A stretch of DNA of 63,065 nucleotides, filler included, from Octopus bimaculoides (GCF_001194135.2; 7 parts of 7 records of this genome joined end to end with filler, not necessarily neighbours in it), one strand, 5' to 3'; positions 40,213 through 52,563 are shown, counted from the whole stretch's first letter. Translations and numbers: made by a program. The notes: generated by a model from the letters alone, not told the origin.

Positions 40213-40924
40213 TATTGTATTTACTGGTCGATGATGATACACGATCAAAATGTAGAATCTAGATAAATGAAGTAATCTATGCAAGAAGGTTCAAAGATAG
40301 AAAATGTAGAAATAACAGCTAAGTGGTGGCTTTCAGTCATATCTGCTAATGGGCATAGAGAAATTGATGGACATAGCAATGATGTGAATGGCTCTAAGTC
40401 TAATCGACTAAGAAGCAAACAGCAGGGTTAGCAAGCTGTTTTTATTAATGGAACGCTAGACATTCTAGAAACCTCCAAGAGAAACGCTAAGCTTGAATAA
40501 TTAAGAATCACATCTCATGACACAGATGCTTCGAGAAACTTAGTAAAAGGAGATTACTCTATAATCTTTCTTTTAAGGGAGATCATTCAACCATCTAGCT
40601 ACTGCTACAAGGTGAACCAAGATCTCTAACTCCTCCTTCTCATCATAGATATTATCTAGAATCTCTCTGAACAAAATTTAACAGAATGATGTTTTAGCTT
40701 TCACACCTTCTTTCTCTCTGTCTGTTTTATCTCTTATTCTGAAGTCACCAGGAAGGGATTTAGTTGCAGGCACAACCAACATTTGTCTCTCTTGCCTGTG
40801 TCCTGATAAGAACGAAATCTGTTCAGCAGGAGTAAAGTGTGTTGAGAACGACAATGATATACGTTCCCTAATGGATGATGAGAAGAAAGAGGCTTGGAGC
40901 TCTCACTATGAGAGACTGAAGGGA

Positions 40925-41690
40925 GCGACCATATGCTGATGACCAGATTCAAATAACAGTAACTGTGTAAAGTTAAGAAAGAAATTCCAGACATGAACTC
41001 TAGAATGAAGAGGCCTTGGAGTAAAGTTTGTGAAGACTAAGGTTTTAATAAGTAGAAAAAAAAACAGGACACTGATACCAACAAGGAAATGGTCATGTTC
41101 AGTATGCAGACAAGATGTTGGTAGGAATTCCATAAAATGTACCCTGTGTGGTCCACAGGTGCAGAAAAGATGTGAAATAAAAGGTAGAGTCTTTTCCTGT
41201 GGTAGATATACAAGGGTAGTGAGCCCTCAGAGCACCAGTAAAGGAAATTCCTTTTAATACTTAGAGGGCTCTGCAGAAGTAGTTGATAATAGCTTTTGTT
41301 ACCTAGGAAACCTAATGAGAAGTGGGGACAAGTGTACTGAAAGTGTTGGGGCCAGAATTAGAGTAAGATGAAGAAAGTTTAGGAAATTATTAGCTCCACT
41401 GACAAGAGGTGATAGTTTTCTAAGCTTTCTTTATATTATTCTGATTTTCTTGCAGAGTAAGGATAGATTGTATGATGCTTTGGTATGAATTGTGATACTG
41501 CATGGTAGTGAGGCATGGGCCCTGAATGCAGAGGGTGTGTGAAAGTTGGAAAGGAATAAGGTAAGCATGATCTGCTGGATGCATAATGTTAGTGTACCTG
41601 AATGGTGGTTCAGATGAGCTGAAAGAAAAACCAAGTGTAAGAGGAATCAATGATAATAGTGTGAAGGGGTGTTGGTGCAGATGGACGAAT
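40925..41690 (+). mobile_element. Decayed RTE-clade LINE, 3' part of RT
   Basis: YADD motif (ccatatgctgatgacc at about 40930), KTKVL, Cys-rich insert WSCSVCRQDVGRNSIKCTLC, then RLYDAL..ILHGSEAWAL...KLERNKVSMICWM. Many stops. Confidence 0.85.
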
Positions 41691-43485
41691 GATGACAGAT
41701 GATGACAGATGGGTTATTGAACAAAGATGTCAACAAGGGAAGAAATGAGGAGAAGACTTATCCAACATCATTTGAATATAAAAAAAAACATGATGAAAAT
41801 CCCTACGCACACATGTGCTTGACAACCGGTGTTTGTTTCTTTACGCCCCTCTCCTCCGTTATCTAGAGGTTCGACAAAAGTGACAGACTTAAAGAAAAAC
41901 AAAAAAAACAAACATCATATGTATTGGGGTCGATTTGTTCGGCAAAAAAATCTTTCGAAGCGGTGCCCCAGCATGGCCACAGTGCAACGACTAAAACACA
42001 GCTAAAGATAAAAGATATGTACGTATGTATGTATGTGTATGTCCATATTAGCAGAACTGTCGAATAAGCTGACCAGTGACAAGCAAGATGGTCAAACAAC
42101 GGAACTGCAAATAGAGAGAGAGAGAAAGAGAGAGAATAACATGTCAAACGAGATGTTGGATTGGCGGAATTCTGGTTTAAGCACCTCATATATAACCCCC
42201 CCCCCNNNNNNNNNNNNNNNNNNNNNNCCCCCCAACTTCTATTTTGGGGAATTTTCAGCAATTTGTTTTTTGTGAATTTGGTCTAATCACGGGTATTCAC
42301 ACGGTTCGAGTATGAAAAATAAAAAATAAATAAATAAAATAAAATAAATAAATTCTCACCTCCCCCCCCCCCATAAATCCTAAAGGTTCCACTCTTTTTT
42401 TAATGTTTTACTTAAATTCCAACAATGGGCGCATCATCATTCCATTAAATGTGTTTACGGAGAGAAAAATGCTGTAAAACATTCAATACAAGTTTATTTG
42501 TTATTTATTTATTTATTTCCATTCTGCTGAAGTCAACGTTTCGTCGATTGGAATCGCACAGTGTGGAGTTATCTTTCCTTTACTCACGCTTCTTATGTAA
42601 TAAAGGTGAAGACGACATGTGTTTGTATGATTATGTGTGAGTATATGTGTGTGGTGTATGTATGTTTGTGTTACTGTATGAGTACATATTTGTGTATAAG
42701 TGTGTTTGTGGATTTATATATATATATATATGTATATGTATGTATGGGTGAGTGTCTTTGTACATGCGTACATGTGTTCGCATAAGTGTGTATGTACATA
42801 TACATATATGTGTAAAAGTTTATGCGTGCAAGAGTACATTTACAATATGTGTGTGTGTGTGTATAATATATTAACGTATTTGTACATGTATGCGTGTTTA
42901 TATGCTCATGCACGCCATAAGAATTAAAAAGAAACCAAACCATTTCCCGTTTGCCACACTAATATATGCCATCAGTATGAAGGCAAAAAAAAAATTAATA
43001 ATAATAAAACCAAAACAAAAGCTATAATGGTTTCGCACCTGCTTCCCCTCTTATGCCAGGTCAGCATGATCTAGCAAACCTTTTTATCAGACAGAGTGAC
43101 CATGCATTTTTTACACATATGGAAAACTACATTATCTGCTCTATCTTTTATGAACGTTATCTGTTCTGTCTTTTATGAACGTAGTAGTGGTGGTGGTGGT
43201 GGTGCAATGTGAAGGAGTTTTGGCAGCTTTTACCAGCAGATCGAGAGCTCACATCTTGTGGCTCCCTGTATGGCTCCATGAAAAAACAAAACAAAAACAA
43301 ACAGATGTCATGTATATACATACATATGTATGTATACATACACACACGCATACATACATGCATGCATATATATATACACACATATCAAAACAAAGATGGA
43401 TTAAGAAAGGTTTAAAAAGGAATTAGTAATCCATATATATATTTATAATAAATAAACAGATGTATATAACATTATCTCTATTCTT

Positions 43486-43538
<53 letters not shown>

Positions 43539-43573
43539 TATACACGCATACATACGTTCACACATGTATGCAT

Positions 43574-43626
<53 letters not shown>

Positions 43627-44669
43627 TCTCACACACATGTACATATACATGCATACGTAAGTTATGTATATACACATATAGATATATACAAATGCATACA
43701 CATGTGTAAAATTACACCCTTGTTCAACTGGCTAAAAATAGCAGTCAAATCTTTCTCAAATCATAGGTTACCGTTTAAAAATAAATAAAAGCACGCAAAG
43801 ATATTCCTGATGGCGAAAATGAGTTGGTCACATCTGGAACGTCTTTTAATTGTAGATCAGCTAGAATCAGTGTGCTGACCTGGGGTTAAATAACTGTTGA
43901 GGATTTTCTACAGAGCCGCTTCAACAGTCAGAAATCTTATTCAAATTAGAAGACGCTAAAATGAATGCTATAACTCCAGGAATCTGCTCTGTCCACCGCA
44001 CAACTTTGTGTCCTCATAACTTTCTTTAAAAAATGGATGATTTTAATAGAATTACCAGCAGTTACGCTTCAGATGGAGTAGATTACGATTACATCGGAAT
44101 TTAACGTGGAAAAAATAATGAAGTGGTGGAGGGTGTGTCGATAATTACCATACTTCATCAAAAATGTATGAGGAGACGAATTCAAACTGTGTGAATTATC
44201 TGATCTCACTCCATAATTTTATATATTTATTTTTCAATCTACAACATCTGAAACGTATATGTAGAAAATTTTATTTAAAAAAAATATCCAGTTTTTTAGA
44301 AAGTTATGAGGCAACAAAGTTGGAAGAGGGGAGGAGGAAACGCATCGAGATTTGAGAATTATCCGAAACTCCGCTCAACCGTTTCCGAAAGAATTAGATA
44401 ATGTAGTTCTCGGTAATTCACGAGAAGAAAAAAAGAAAAAGAAAAAGGAAAGGAAAGGAAAAAAGGGTGGGACGATCGTGGCTGGAACGACAATGATCAT
44501 AGGTTGACTTAACTCAAGTAGACCTAGGGCCAAAAGATAACAACAGTAACTAGATTTAGTAGAAGCTAACGAAGAGGGCATCCGCTAAGTCGTTGTTCGA
44601 AATCTTGGACTTTACTGTTTATTTTACTATATGCCTATACACACACACACACAAACACACAATGTGCAC

Positions 44670-44707
<38 letters not shown>

Positions 44708-45624
44708 ATCGACAGAGATAATCTAATCTTCCCAGACTACTTCGAGATATTGATAGGTCGCACGATCTAGTAGAAATAGCAGCCAAATCTTACTTAAATA
44801 ACATTTCACTGTATTAAAACAGGAAGGACACATTAGATAATATACGCCCGTAGCCGCAACATACTTAAAAAGAAAAGGTAAATAAACAAGGATGGGCGTG
44901 GTTAGAAGGCCTTTTTCATCAAGTGTTTCTCTCTGTTCGATAAGCACAGACCTGGACCAGCAACAACAACAACAACAATAATAATAATCCTTTCTACTAT
45001 AGGCACAATAACGACAACAATAATAATAACTTGTTGAGGTAAATGATCAACAAGAGCCTGAATATGGTTGTTTGGTTTGCTAAAAGTAGCAGCCATATCC
45101 CATTATTATGAAACAGGGAAGGATACACATTGGATAATAAAGGTAGTCATGGATACACATTGCCTACATGTGTATGTGTGTGAGCATGAACTGGGATGAT
45201 TAAGGTTTGGATGTCGACTGAAGCAGGCTGGCCTGGGGCTAAAGGGCAACACCGCCCCATGTATGTATGTACACAGAGAAAGTGCATGAGAGAATGATAG
45301 AGAGAGGAAGGATAGAAAGCGAGGAAGATAGATAGATAAATATATAGATAGAAAGAAAGAAACAGTGATAAACAAATAGATTGATAGCAAGAAAGAGAGA
45401 GGGGGAAGAGACACAAAGACAAATAGATAGATAGACACATAGAGAGAGAGAGAGAGAGAAAGGTTAAGAGAGACAGATAGGTACGTAGAGAGAGAGAGAC
45501 AAATAGATAGATAGATAGATAGAAGGGTTAAGAGAGACAGATAGATACATAGATAGAGAGACAAATAGAAAGATAGAAAGGATGGACGAAATAGATACAT
45601 TATTGTGAATTTGTTTAAGTTTAC

Positions 45625-45792
45625 CTTGTTCATAAGTCTGTGCAGGGTTTCGTCCAGGTGCCGTTCGTTGCTTCGGCGACGACATGTCGGCAACCAAAAG
45701 CCATTCTGTTTATGGTTTACCAAGAGGAACCGTCCGTCGGTCACCCTCGCCGTCAAAATACTGACAATCTGTGAGGAACTGGTTGCAGACAT
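45625..45792 (-). CDS. Probable first coding exon of a spliced gene; 56 aa resembling the N-terminal half of a degenerate Nudix-like fold
   Basis: ATG at 45792 opens MSATSSSQIVSILTARVTDGRFLLVNHKQNGFWLPTCRRRSNERHLDETLHRLMNK (168 nt, phase 0), ending at a good donor AAG|GTAAAC. It sits in a CpG-rich, non-repeat patch. The pattern strand-'RFLLV'-'GFWLP'-helix 'ETLHRLMNK' recalls Nudix 'VLLV..G.W.LPGG..E.GE....A.RE..EE' but lacks the catalytic glutamates. The family call is by eye only. Confidence 0.6.
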
Positions 45793-45935
45793 CACTCTAT
45801 GATGCCTCCCAAATAACTACGACAACTATAGATTATTTGTCGTTAATGAAATATTGGGGTTAAATTAATCCCTTCCCCTTGGTCACGTCCACTTTTCAAT
45901 CCAGTTACTCTTCCTCTATAGTTCGTTCGCCATGC
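45793..45935 (-). promoter_or_regulatory. Putative CpG-rich promoter/5'UTR region of the minus-strand gene
   Basis: Non-repeat, CpG-containing sequence immediately upstream of the ATG, including GTCACGT (E-box/CRE-like). Positional inference only. Confidence 0.3.
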
Positions 45936-46375
45936 TTGATGTGTGTGTGTGTGTGTGTGTAAGTATGCCTCTGTGTCTCTGTGTGCGGATGTTATGTGTG
46001 TGTCTGTATCTGAGTGCGCGAGTTTAATTGTGTATGTATATGTGTATCTGTGTGTGTTTTAGTATGGCTCTGTGTGTATGCGTTTAAGTGTGTCTGTGTG
46101 AGTCTATATTTATGTGCGTGCGTTTAAGTGTGCATGTATACATGTGTCTGTGTGTGTATGTATAGGTGTGTCCGTGTGTGTATGTTATGCGTAAGCGTAT
46201 CTCTGTGTTCAAGTACGCCTCTGCGGGCAAGTGTGTCTTTGTGTGTATGTTATGTGGAAGTGTTTATGTTCGTGTCTCTGTATGCGTGTATTTCAGTGAA
46301 GTATGTGTCTGTGTGTGTGTATAAAGTGCATATGTGTATGTGTCGGTGTAAATATGTATGTCTATGTGTATGTTT

Positions 46376-46406
<31 letters not shown>

Positions 46407-46580
46407 CCTGTGATTATGACTGTATTTCAGTGTATGTATATGTGTGTGTATGTTTATATATTTATATACTTCACCTCGTACCTGTATACTTCATATCTGC
46501 GTTTCAGTATTTTATACACACACACACACACGTATGTGTATGTATGTGTGTATATATATATTTGTTAGAATGTAGTACTA

Positions 46581-46618
<38 letters not shown>

Positions 46619-46724
46619 NNNNNNNNNNNNNNNNNNNNNNNNNNNNNNNNNNNNNNNNNNNNTTAATTAATTAANNNNNNNNNNNNNNNNNNNNNNNNNN
46701 NNNNNNNNNNNNNNNNNNACATAT

Positions 46725-47127
46725 GAGTGGCTGTGTGGTAAGTAGCTTGCTTACCGACCACATGGTTCCGGGTTCATTCTCACTGTGTAGCACCTTGGGC
46801 AAGTGTCTTCTACTATAGCCTCGGGCCGATCAATGCCTTGTGAGTGGATTTGGTAGACGGAAACTGAAGGAAGTACGTCGTATATATGTATATACATATA
46901 TGTATGTGTGTGTATATGTTTGTGTGTCTGTGTTTGTCCCCCACCATCACTTGACAACTAATTTTGGTGTGTTTAGGTCTCCGTAACTTAGCGGTTCGGC
47001 AAAAAAGACCGATAGAATAAGTACTAGGCTTACAAAGAATAAGTCCTGGGGTCGATTTACTCGACTAAAGGTGGTGCTCCAGCATGGCCGCAGTCAAATG
47101 ATTGAAACAAGTAAAAGAGTAAAAGAG
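46725..47127 (+). mobile_element. SINE family A
   Basis: gagtggctgtgtggtaagtagc head through to gtaaaagagtaaaagag tail. Confidence 0.9.
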
Positions 47128-48225
47128 ATATGTATATATCATATTATATTATATGGTACACACACACACCCACTCAACCCACTACACACATATAATTTGT
47201 ATGTATTAGATACAGCTACTAAAATGAGGCGATTCATTACATTTGTAAGTAAAGATTTATTTCGAATATATTGATATTACACATTTACATCATTGCACTG
47301 TGTACCGACTCTCCTATCATAACTTCTTAGTTCCCACCTCTCCTTTCAATCTTTTTGCTTTCTTTCTCTCTCTTTCTCTCACTCAGTCTCGTTTGACCTC
47401 GTAATCCCGTTTTTCTTTGCTTTTTGTCTTCTCTCTTTTTTTCTCCTTGTTTTAACATTTTTCTTATTTTAGCTCTTTTTCTCCTTTGTCTTTGAATTGT
47501 ATGCCTTTCTCCTTGTAACAATATACAATGTCTTCGTTTCATGAATAGATTTAGTTTCCAGCAAGTTGAAACACACTAGTCAAATTGTAAGGAAACAGCA
47601 AAGAAAAAGAACCCATCTAATTTTTAATACTGAGTTCTATATATAAATGGGAGTTCCTACAATCGTATCATTATAATATTATAAATATATATATCTTTTC
47701 AGAGAGGCCTTTCACATAGGGTAGATACAAAAGATACAAAAAAAAAGATACAAAAGACATGCGGCCCATATGACATCAGGACAGTATTCAAAAGTAATAC
47801 AACACTTTGCAAATATCTCCTTCGAGTAAAACCACCAATAGAAGAGAATATGACTAAAAACTGCGTGTACTTCATCCTATGCTGCTGTGCTAGGTTATAC
47901 AAAGGCGAAACATGTCGCCCCCCCTCAAAATAAGGGTAGAGGAACATCACAAAGCTGTGACACAGGGAGATATTAGTAAATCGGGTATAGCTGATCATGT
48001 ATGGAAAATGGAGACCACCTCCCCCTGTGGGATGAAGTTAAAATAATAGACAGAGAACACCACTGGAAAATACGAAAACTAAAAGAAGCAACACATATGC
48101 TAGGACACAATAACCTCCTAAGCAGACCAAGTGCAGATATGAGTAGCATATGGGAACCGGTATTAAGGAAGGATAGGAAGATATTAGATTTATAAGCCCT
48201 AAAATTCACTTCATAATTGCCCACA

Positions 48226-48294
48226 GGCATATGACGTAGTGGTTAAGGGTGCGGGCTACTAACCCCAAGATTCCGAGTTCGATTCCAGGCAGTG
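48226..48294 (+). pseudogene. tRNA-like (Pol III A/B box) sequence, not a functional tRNA
   Basis: A box TGACGTAGTGG (48232-48242), anticodon-like hairpin GGG-CTACTAA-CCC (ACT, Ser-like), B box GAGTTCGATTCC (48275-48286). T and acceptor stems are poorly paired. Confidence 0.65.
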
Positions 48295-48362
48295 ACCTGA
48301 ATAATAATTACAACATCGAAAAATACCTTAGGAATGAGAGCCCAGGTTCGAAATTTCCCCAA

Positions 48363-48408
48363 GACACCTGATTCGGGCTGGAGGGTATATCAGCCGAAAC
48401 GTTGTGTT
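48363..48408 (+). ncRNA. Degenerate minimal hammerhead ribozyme
   Basis: GACAC-CTGATTC-G-GGCTG[gagggtatat]CAGCC-GAAAC-GTT-GTGTT: stem I, core, stem II, GAAA, NUH, stem I'. The core CUGANGA is mutated to CUGAUUC. Confidence 0.5.
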
Positions 48409-48873
48409 AACAACAAACAAGATGAGGACAGATATCTGTCAAATGTAAATAATGTACATAATTCCTCATCTCTTAAATATAGAACTGCTCTCGTGAGTTT
48501 TATAAAATTATTATGACATCAACAACATATACTTATATTTTTTTGTTTCAGTCATTTGACTGCGGCCATGTTGGAGCACTGCCTTTAGTCGAACAAATCG
48601 ATCCCAGAACTCATTCTTTGTAAGCCTAGTACTTATTCTATCGGTCCTTTTTTGCTGAACCGCTAAGTTACGGGGACGTAAACACACCAACATTAGTTGT
48701 CAAGCGATGGTGTGTGTGTGTGTGTGNNNNNNNNNNNNNNNNNNNNNNNNNNNNNNNNNNNNNNNNNNNNTTAATTAATTAANNNNNNNNNNNNNNNNNN
48801 NNNNNNNNNNNNNNNNNNNNNNNNNNATATATATATATATATATACATACGTATATATATATACATACGTATA

Positions 48874-48904
<31 letters not shown>

Positions 48905-49507
48905 GTGCACATACGTATGCATGCATGAGTGTGTGCGTGTGTATGTGTGTGTGTCTGTGTGTGTCTGTGCGTGTGTTTGTGTCTGTATGTATGTGTGTAG
49001 TATTTAATCATTAGTGCAAAAATTGTTGAAAAACCAAAAAGCAACAAATTCCTCAAATACTTTGTGCTTAGTTAATACTATTCGATTGCTGATGTGACGG
49101 CATAAACACCCCTGCCTCCCGTTCTCACATTTTCAATGAAAACGGGAGGTGCGGGTCGTTATACATGTGTGTGTGGGCAAAAATTGCGTATCAATGTGTG
49201 TGTTCAATATTTATGTTTCTTTATATTTTTAGAATGTGCTAACACGATATCTAAAATATAGCACTCTGTGTGTTTTATGCTACAGAGAATTTTTCATACA
49301 TACTTCAGCATAGACGTAAGATGGTTAATGAGGAAATCGTTTTGTCAGTTAGACGAATATTTCATATATATATATATATATACATATATATATACATATA
49401 TATATATATATANNNNNNNNNNNNNNNNNNNNNNNNNNNNNNNNNNNNNNNNNNCATACATATATATAAGAAATAATTTACAGTCAGTTGAATTAGGTAA
49501 AGTTGAA

Positions 49508-49598
<91 letters not shown>

Positions 49599-49849
49599 CG
49601 CATATATACATACGTGCATACATACATAAATACATACATAAATACATGCATACATACATTCATATGTGGGTGCGTGTGCGTATAAATAGATATGTGTATA
49701 TAAATATAATACTTTTTAGACAGGCATATATATATGTGAGTATAAATATGTGTGTGTGGGTACGTCTGCGTAAACTTGCGTATCTTCGGGTGTATGCATG
49801 CATATATGTAAGTTTGAATATATGTAGTTTCGTATGGATGTACAGGCAC

Positions 49850-49910
<61 letters not shown>

Positions 49911-50056
49911 GCTATATAGATATATATACATATACATACATACATATATACGTGCGTGTACATATCTGTATATGAATGTATGTATGTTTGTATGTTTGTA
50001 TCTATGTATGTACGCATGCACGTTTGCATGTACGTATGTAGTTATATATACATGTA

Positions 50057-50092
<36 letters not shown>

Positions 50093-50887
50093 NNNNNNNN
50101 NNNNNNNNNNNNNNNNNNNNNNNNNNNNNNNNNNNNNNNNNNNNNNNNNNNNNNNNNNNNNNNNNNNNNNNNNNNNNNNNNNNNNNNNNNNNNNNNNNNN
50201 NNNNNNNNNNNNNNNNNNNNNNNNNNNNNNNNNNNNNNNNNNNNNNNNNNNNNNNNNNNNNNNNNNNNNNNNNNNNNNNNNNNNNNNNNNNNNNNNNNNN
50301 NNTTTTTTTTTTTTTTTTTTTTTTTTTTGGTTTAGTTTGGTTTGGTTTGTTTTCCGTTTCAAAAATTGGGTATGGTGACTGTGCAGAGCAACGGTGGTGT
50401 CGGGCGGCTTCCGAGTTGTAGTGTGTGTGTGTGTGTGTGTGTGTGGTACAGATTTTGTAAAATTGGCAATATTACTTGTTTTGCTTTTAGCTTTTATATT
50501 GTTTTTTTATATGTTTTTTTTTTTAATATTTTTCTAACTTCGTGTCCAAGTTGCCAGAGTTCAAATAATAGAGATAGATGGGTAGATCGAATTACTGGAA
50601 ATAGCCGCGTGATTAAGAAGTTTGTTTCGCAATCACTGCGACTCAGATTTCGAACCCAATGTGTGGCACCTTAGCCAAGATGATGTTACCTCCCTGCAGG
50701 CCTAGAACATCTTCATTGTTTACAAATTCTTTCAGATGGATAATGGTGGACGCAGAAACGATCTTCTTTTCCACTTTATGCGATAGAAATATTGAGCGGT
50801 GGCCTGACGATGCGCAGTTAGAGTTTTTTATGCATCCAAATAAGAATTCAGAGATGCGAATGGATTATAGAAAAATCGAAAAATTAT

Positions 50888-51069
50888 AGGCGCTGGCGTG
50901 GCTGTGTCGCAAGAAGTTTGCTTCCCAACCACATGGTTCCGAGTTCAGTCCCGCTGCGTGGCACCTTGCATATGTTTCTGTTACTATAGCCTAGCGACGA
51001 CCAAAGCCTTGTGAGTGGATTTGGTAGACGGAAACTGAAAGAAGCTCGTAGTGAAATAGATAGATAAAT

Positions 51070-51100
<31 letters not shown>

Positions 51101-51385
51101 TAAATAGGTATATAGACATATAGATATTCTTTATTCTTTTCTTTTAATCTTTTAATTGTTTCAGTCATTTGACTACGGCCATGCTGGGGCACCGCCTTTA
51201 GTCGAACAAATCGACCCCATGACTTATTCTTTGTAAGCCTAGTACTTATTTTATCGGACACTTTTCCTGAACTGCTAGGTTACGGGTATGTAAACACACA
51301 AACGTCGGTTGTCAAGCGATGATGGAGGAACAAACACAGACACACAAACATACATACACATATGTATCTATATAACGAGCTTCCA
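50888..51385. mobile_element. SINE family A head (+) followed by tail half in opposite orientation
   Basis: 50888-51050 is the plus-strand head and core; 51130-51385 is the reverse-complement tail half. Confidence 0.8.
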
Positions 51386-52514
51386 TGCAGACATAACAGT
51401 GGCTACGCTTTCAGGGTTTTGGGACAAATATTTCTGAAATATCCCAATAGGTTTACCATTAATTCCGTGAAATATTCACGGGTCCCGCTGGTTTGTAATC
51501 AATACTGGTATTTTTCTCGTTTTCTAAAACCGTGCTTAACAGTTTGTTGGTTTTCAACGTATTTGAAGGTAACACAATGACAGAAGCGCCTGACGATGTA
51601 TCTTCGATATTTTTTATGACTGTTTATGTGCTGGGTTCAAACCCCGGTAACGTCAACCTTGCCTTTCATCCTTCCTGGATCGATAAAATAAATTAATCAA
51701 TTTAAGACAGATGTGAGATTGGCAGAACACTTAGAGCATTAATTTATAGAAATACATATACTGTTTGGTCAGATAAATTCGTTCGTACTTTTTCTTTTTT
51801 TTTTTTTTTTTTTTTTTTTTTTGCACACGTGTGTATATATGCAGTGTTTGGAGTCAGTGCATGCGCAGATCTGTATCCTTTGTTTTATATATGCATTCTC
51901 ATGCATTTAGTTCCATGTCTAGATATATGCATATTTGCTTCTAATGTATGTATGTGTTAGAAAGGTTGACGAAAACAAATTGCTTAATTCAAACGAATTT
52001 AATGAGTTTCATAAAATATGTTGTATACATTTTAGGTATCACCGGAAGTAGAAAGATTCTTTTGCATGTGCCACCGGATGTGGGGATATTTATTGGTAGA
52101 AACTAAATTGAAATGTATATTCTGACGGTTACATTGGTATTTACGCAGTTTATTCAGGTAAATTTATTTTGTCTTTCTTATATATCACAGACTTATTTTG
52201 TTTGATGCTATTTGTCTCTTGCATAGTTCCTGGAATTTTAGAAAGATCCAGACTGGTAATTCGTATCTGCTTTTTCTTGAATTCTCTGTTGTTTGAATAT
52301 ATATTTAAAATATACGAAGGCTATTGTGTTTTTAAAAACAAATAGTGCAAGCAATACCAACCAAACGCAGAAAAAAGTATACACCAGTTATGCCTGCGTT
52401 TATACTCTTTTCGTGTTAGCTTATTGCACTCATTTAGAAGTTGGATAATACTTCCGTCACATTGCCACGAATTTTGCATTTGCCATCAAAAGAGTATAAA
52501 TTATTATTATTATT

Positions 52515-52563
<49 letters not shown>

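Larger units (their letters stand above)
47757..48485 (+). mobile_element. 3' part of a Penelope-like element (GIY-YIG endonuclease) with 3' tRNA-like and hammerhead-like segments
   Basis: With two frameshifts: CGPYDIRTVFKSNTTL...NCVYFILCCCARLYKGETCRP(L)KIRVEEHHKAV...SGIADHVW...HLPLWDEVKIIDREHHWKIRKLKEATHMLGHNNLLSRPS..., which fits the PLE GIY-YIG pattern VY.I.C.C...Y.GET.R.L..R..EH. The PLE-type end ccgaaacgttg follows. Confidence 0.85.

Noticed and set aside
48226-48294. Functional tRNA-Ser gene
   Set aside because: T-stem and acceptor stem do not pair properly and it is embedded in a retroelement end. The TACTAAC branch-point-like word in its loop is taken as incidental.
1541-51385. Recurrent ~350-450 nt repeats with variable interiors (CRISPR-like or regulatory array?)
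   Set aside because: Dispersed, both orientations, tRNA-type A/B boxes and simple-repeat tails: ordinary SINEs. No cas genes or regular spacing.
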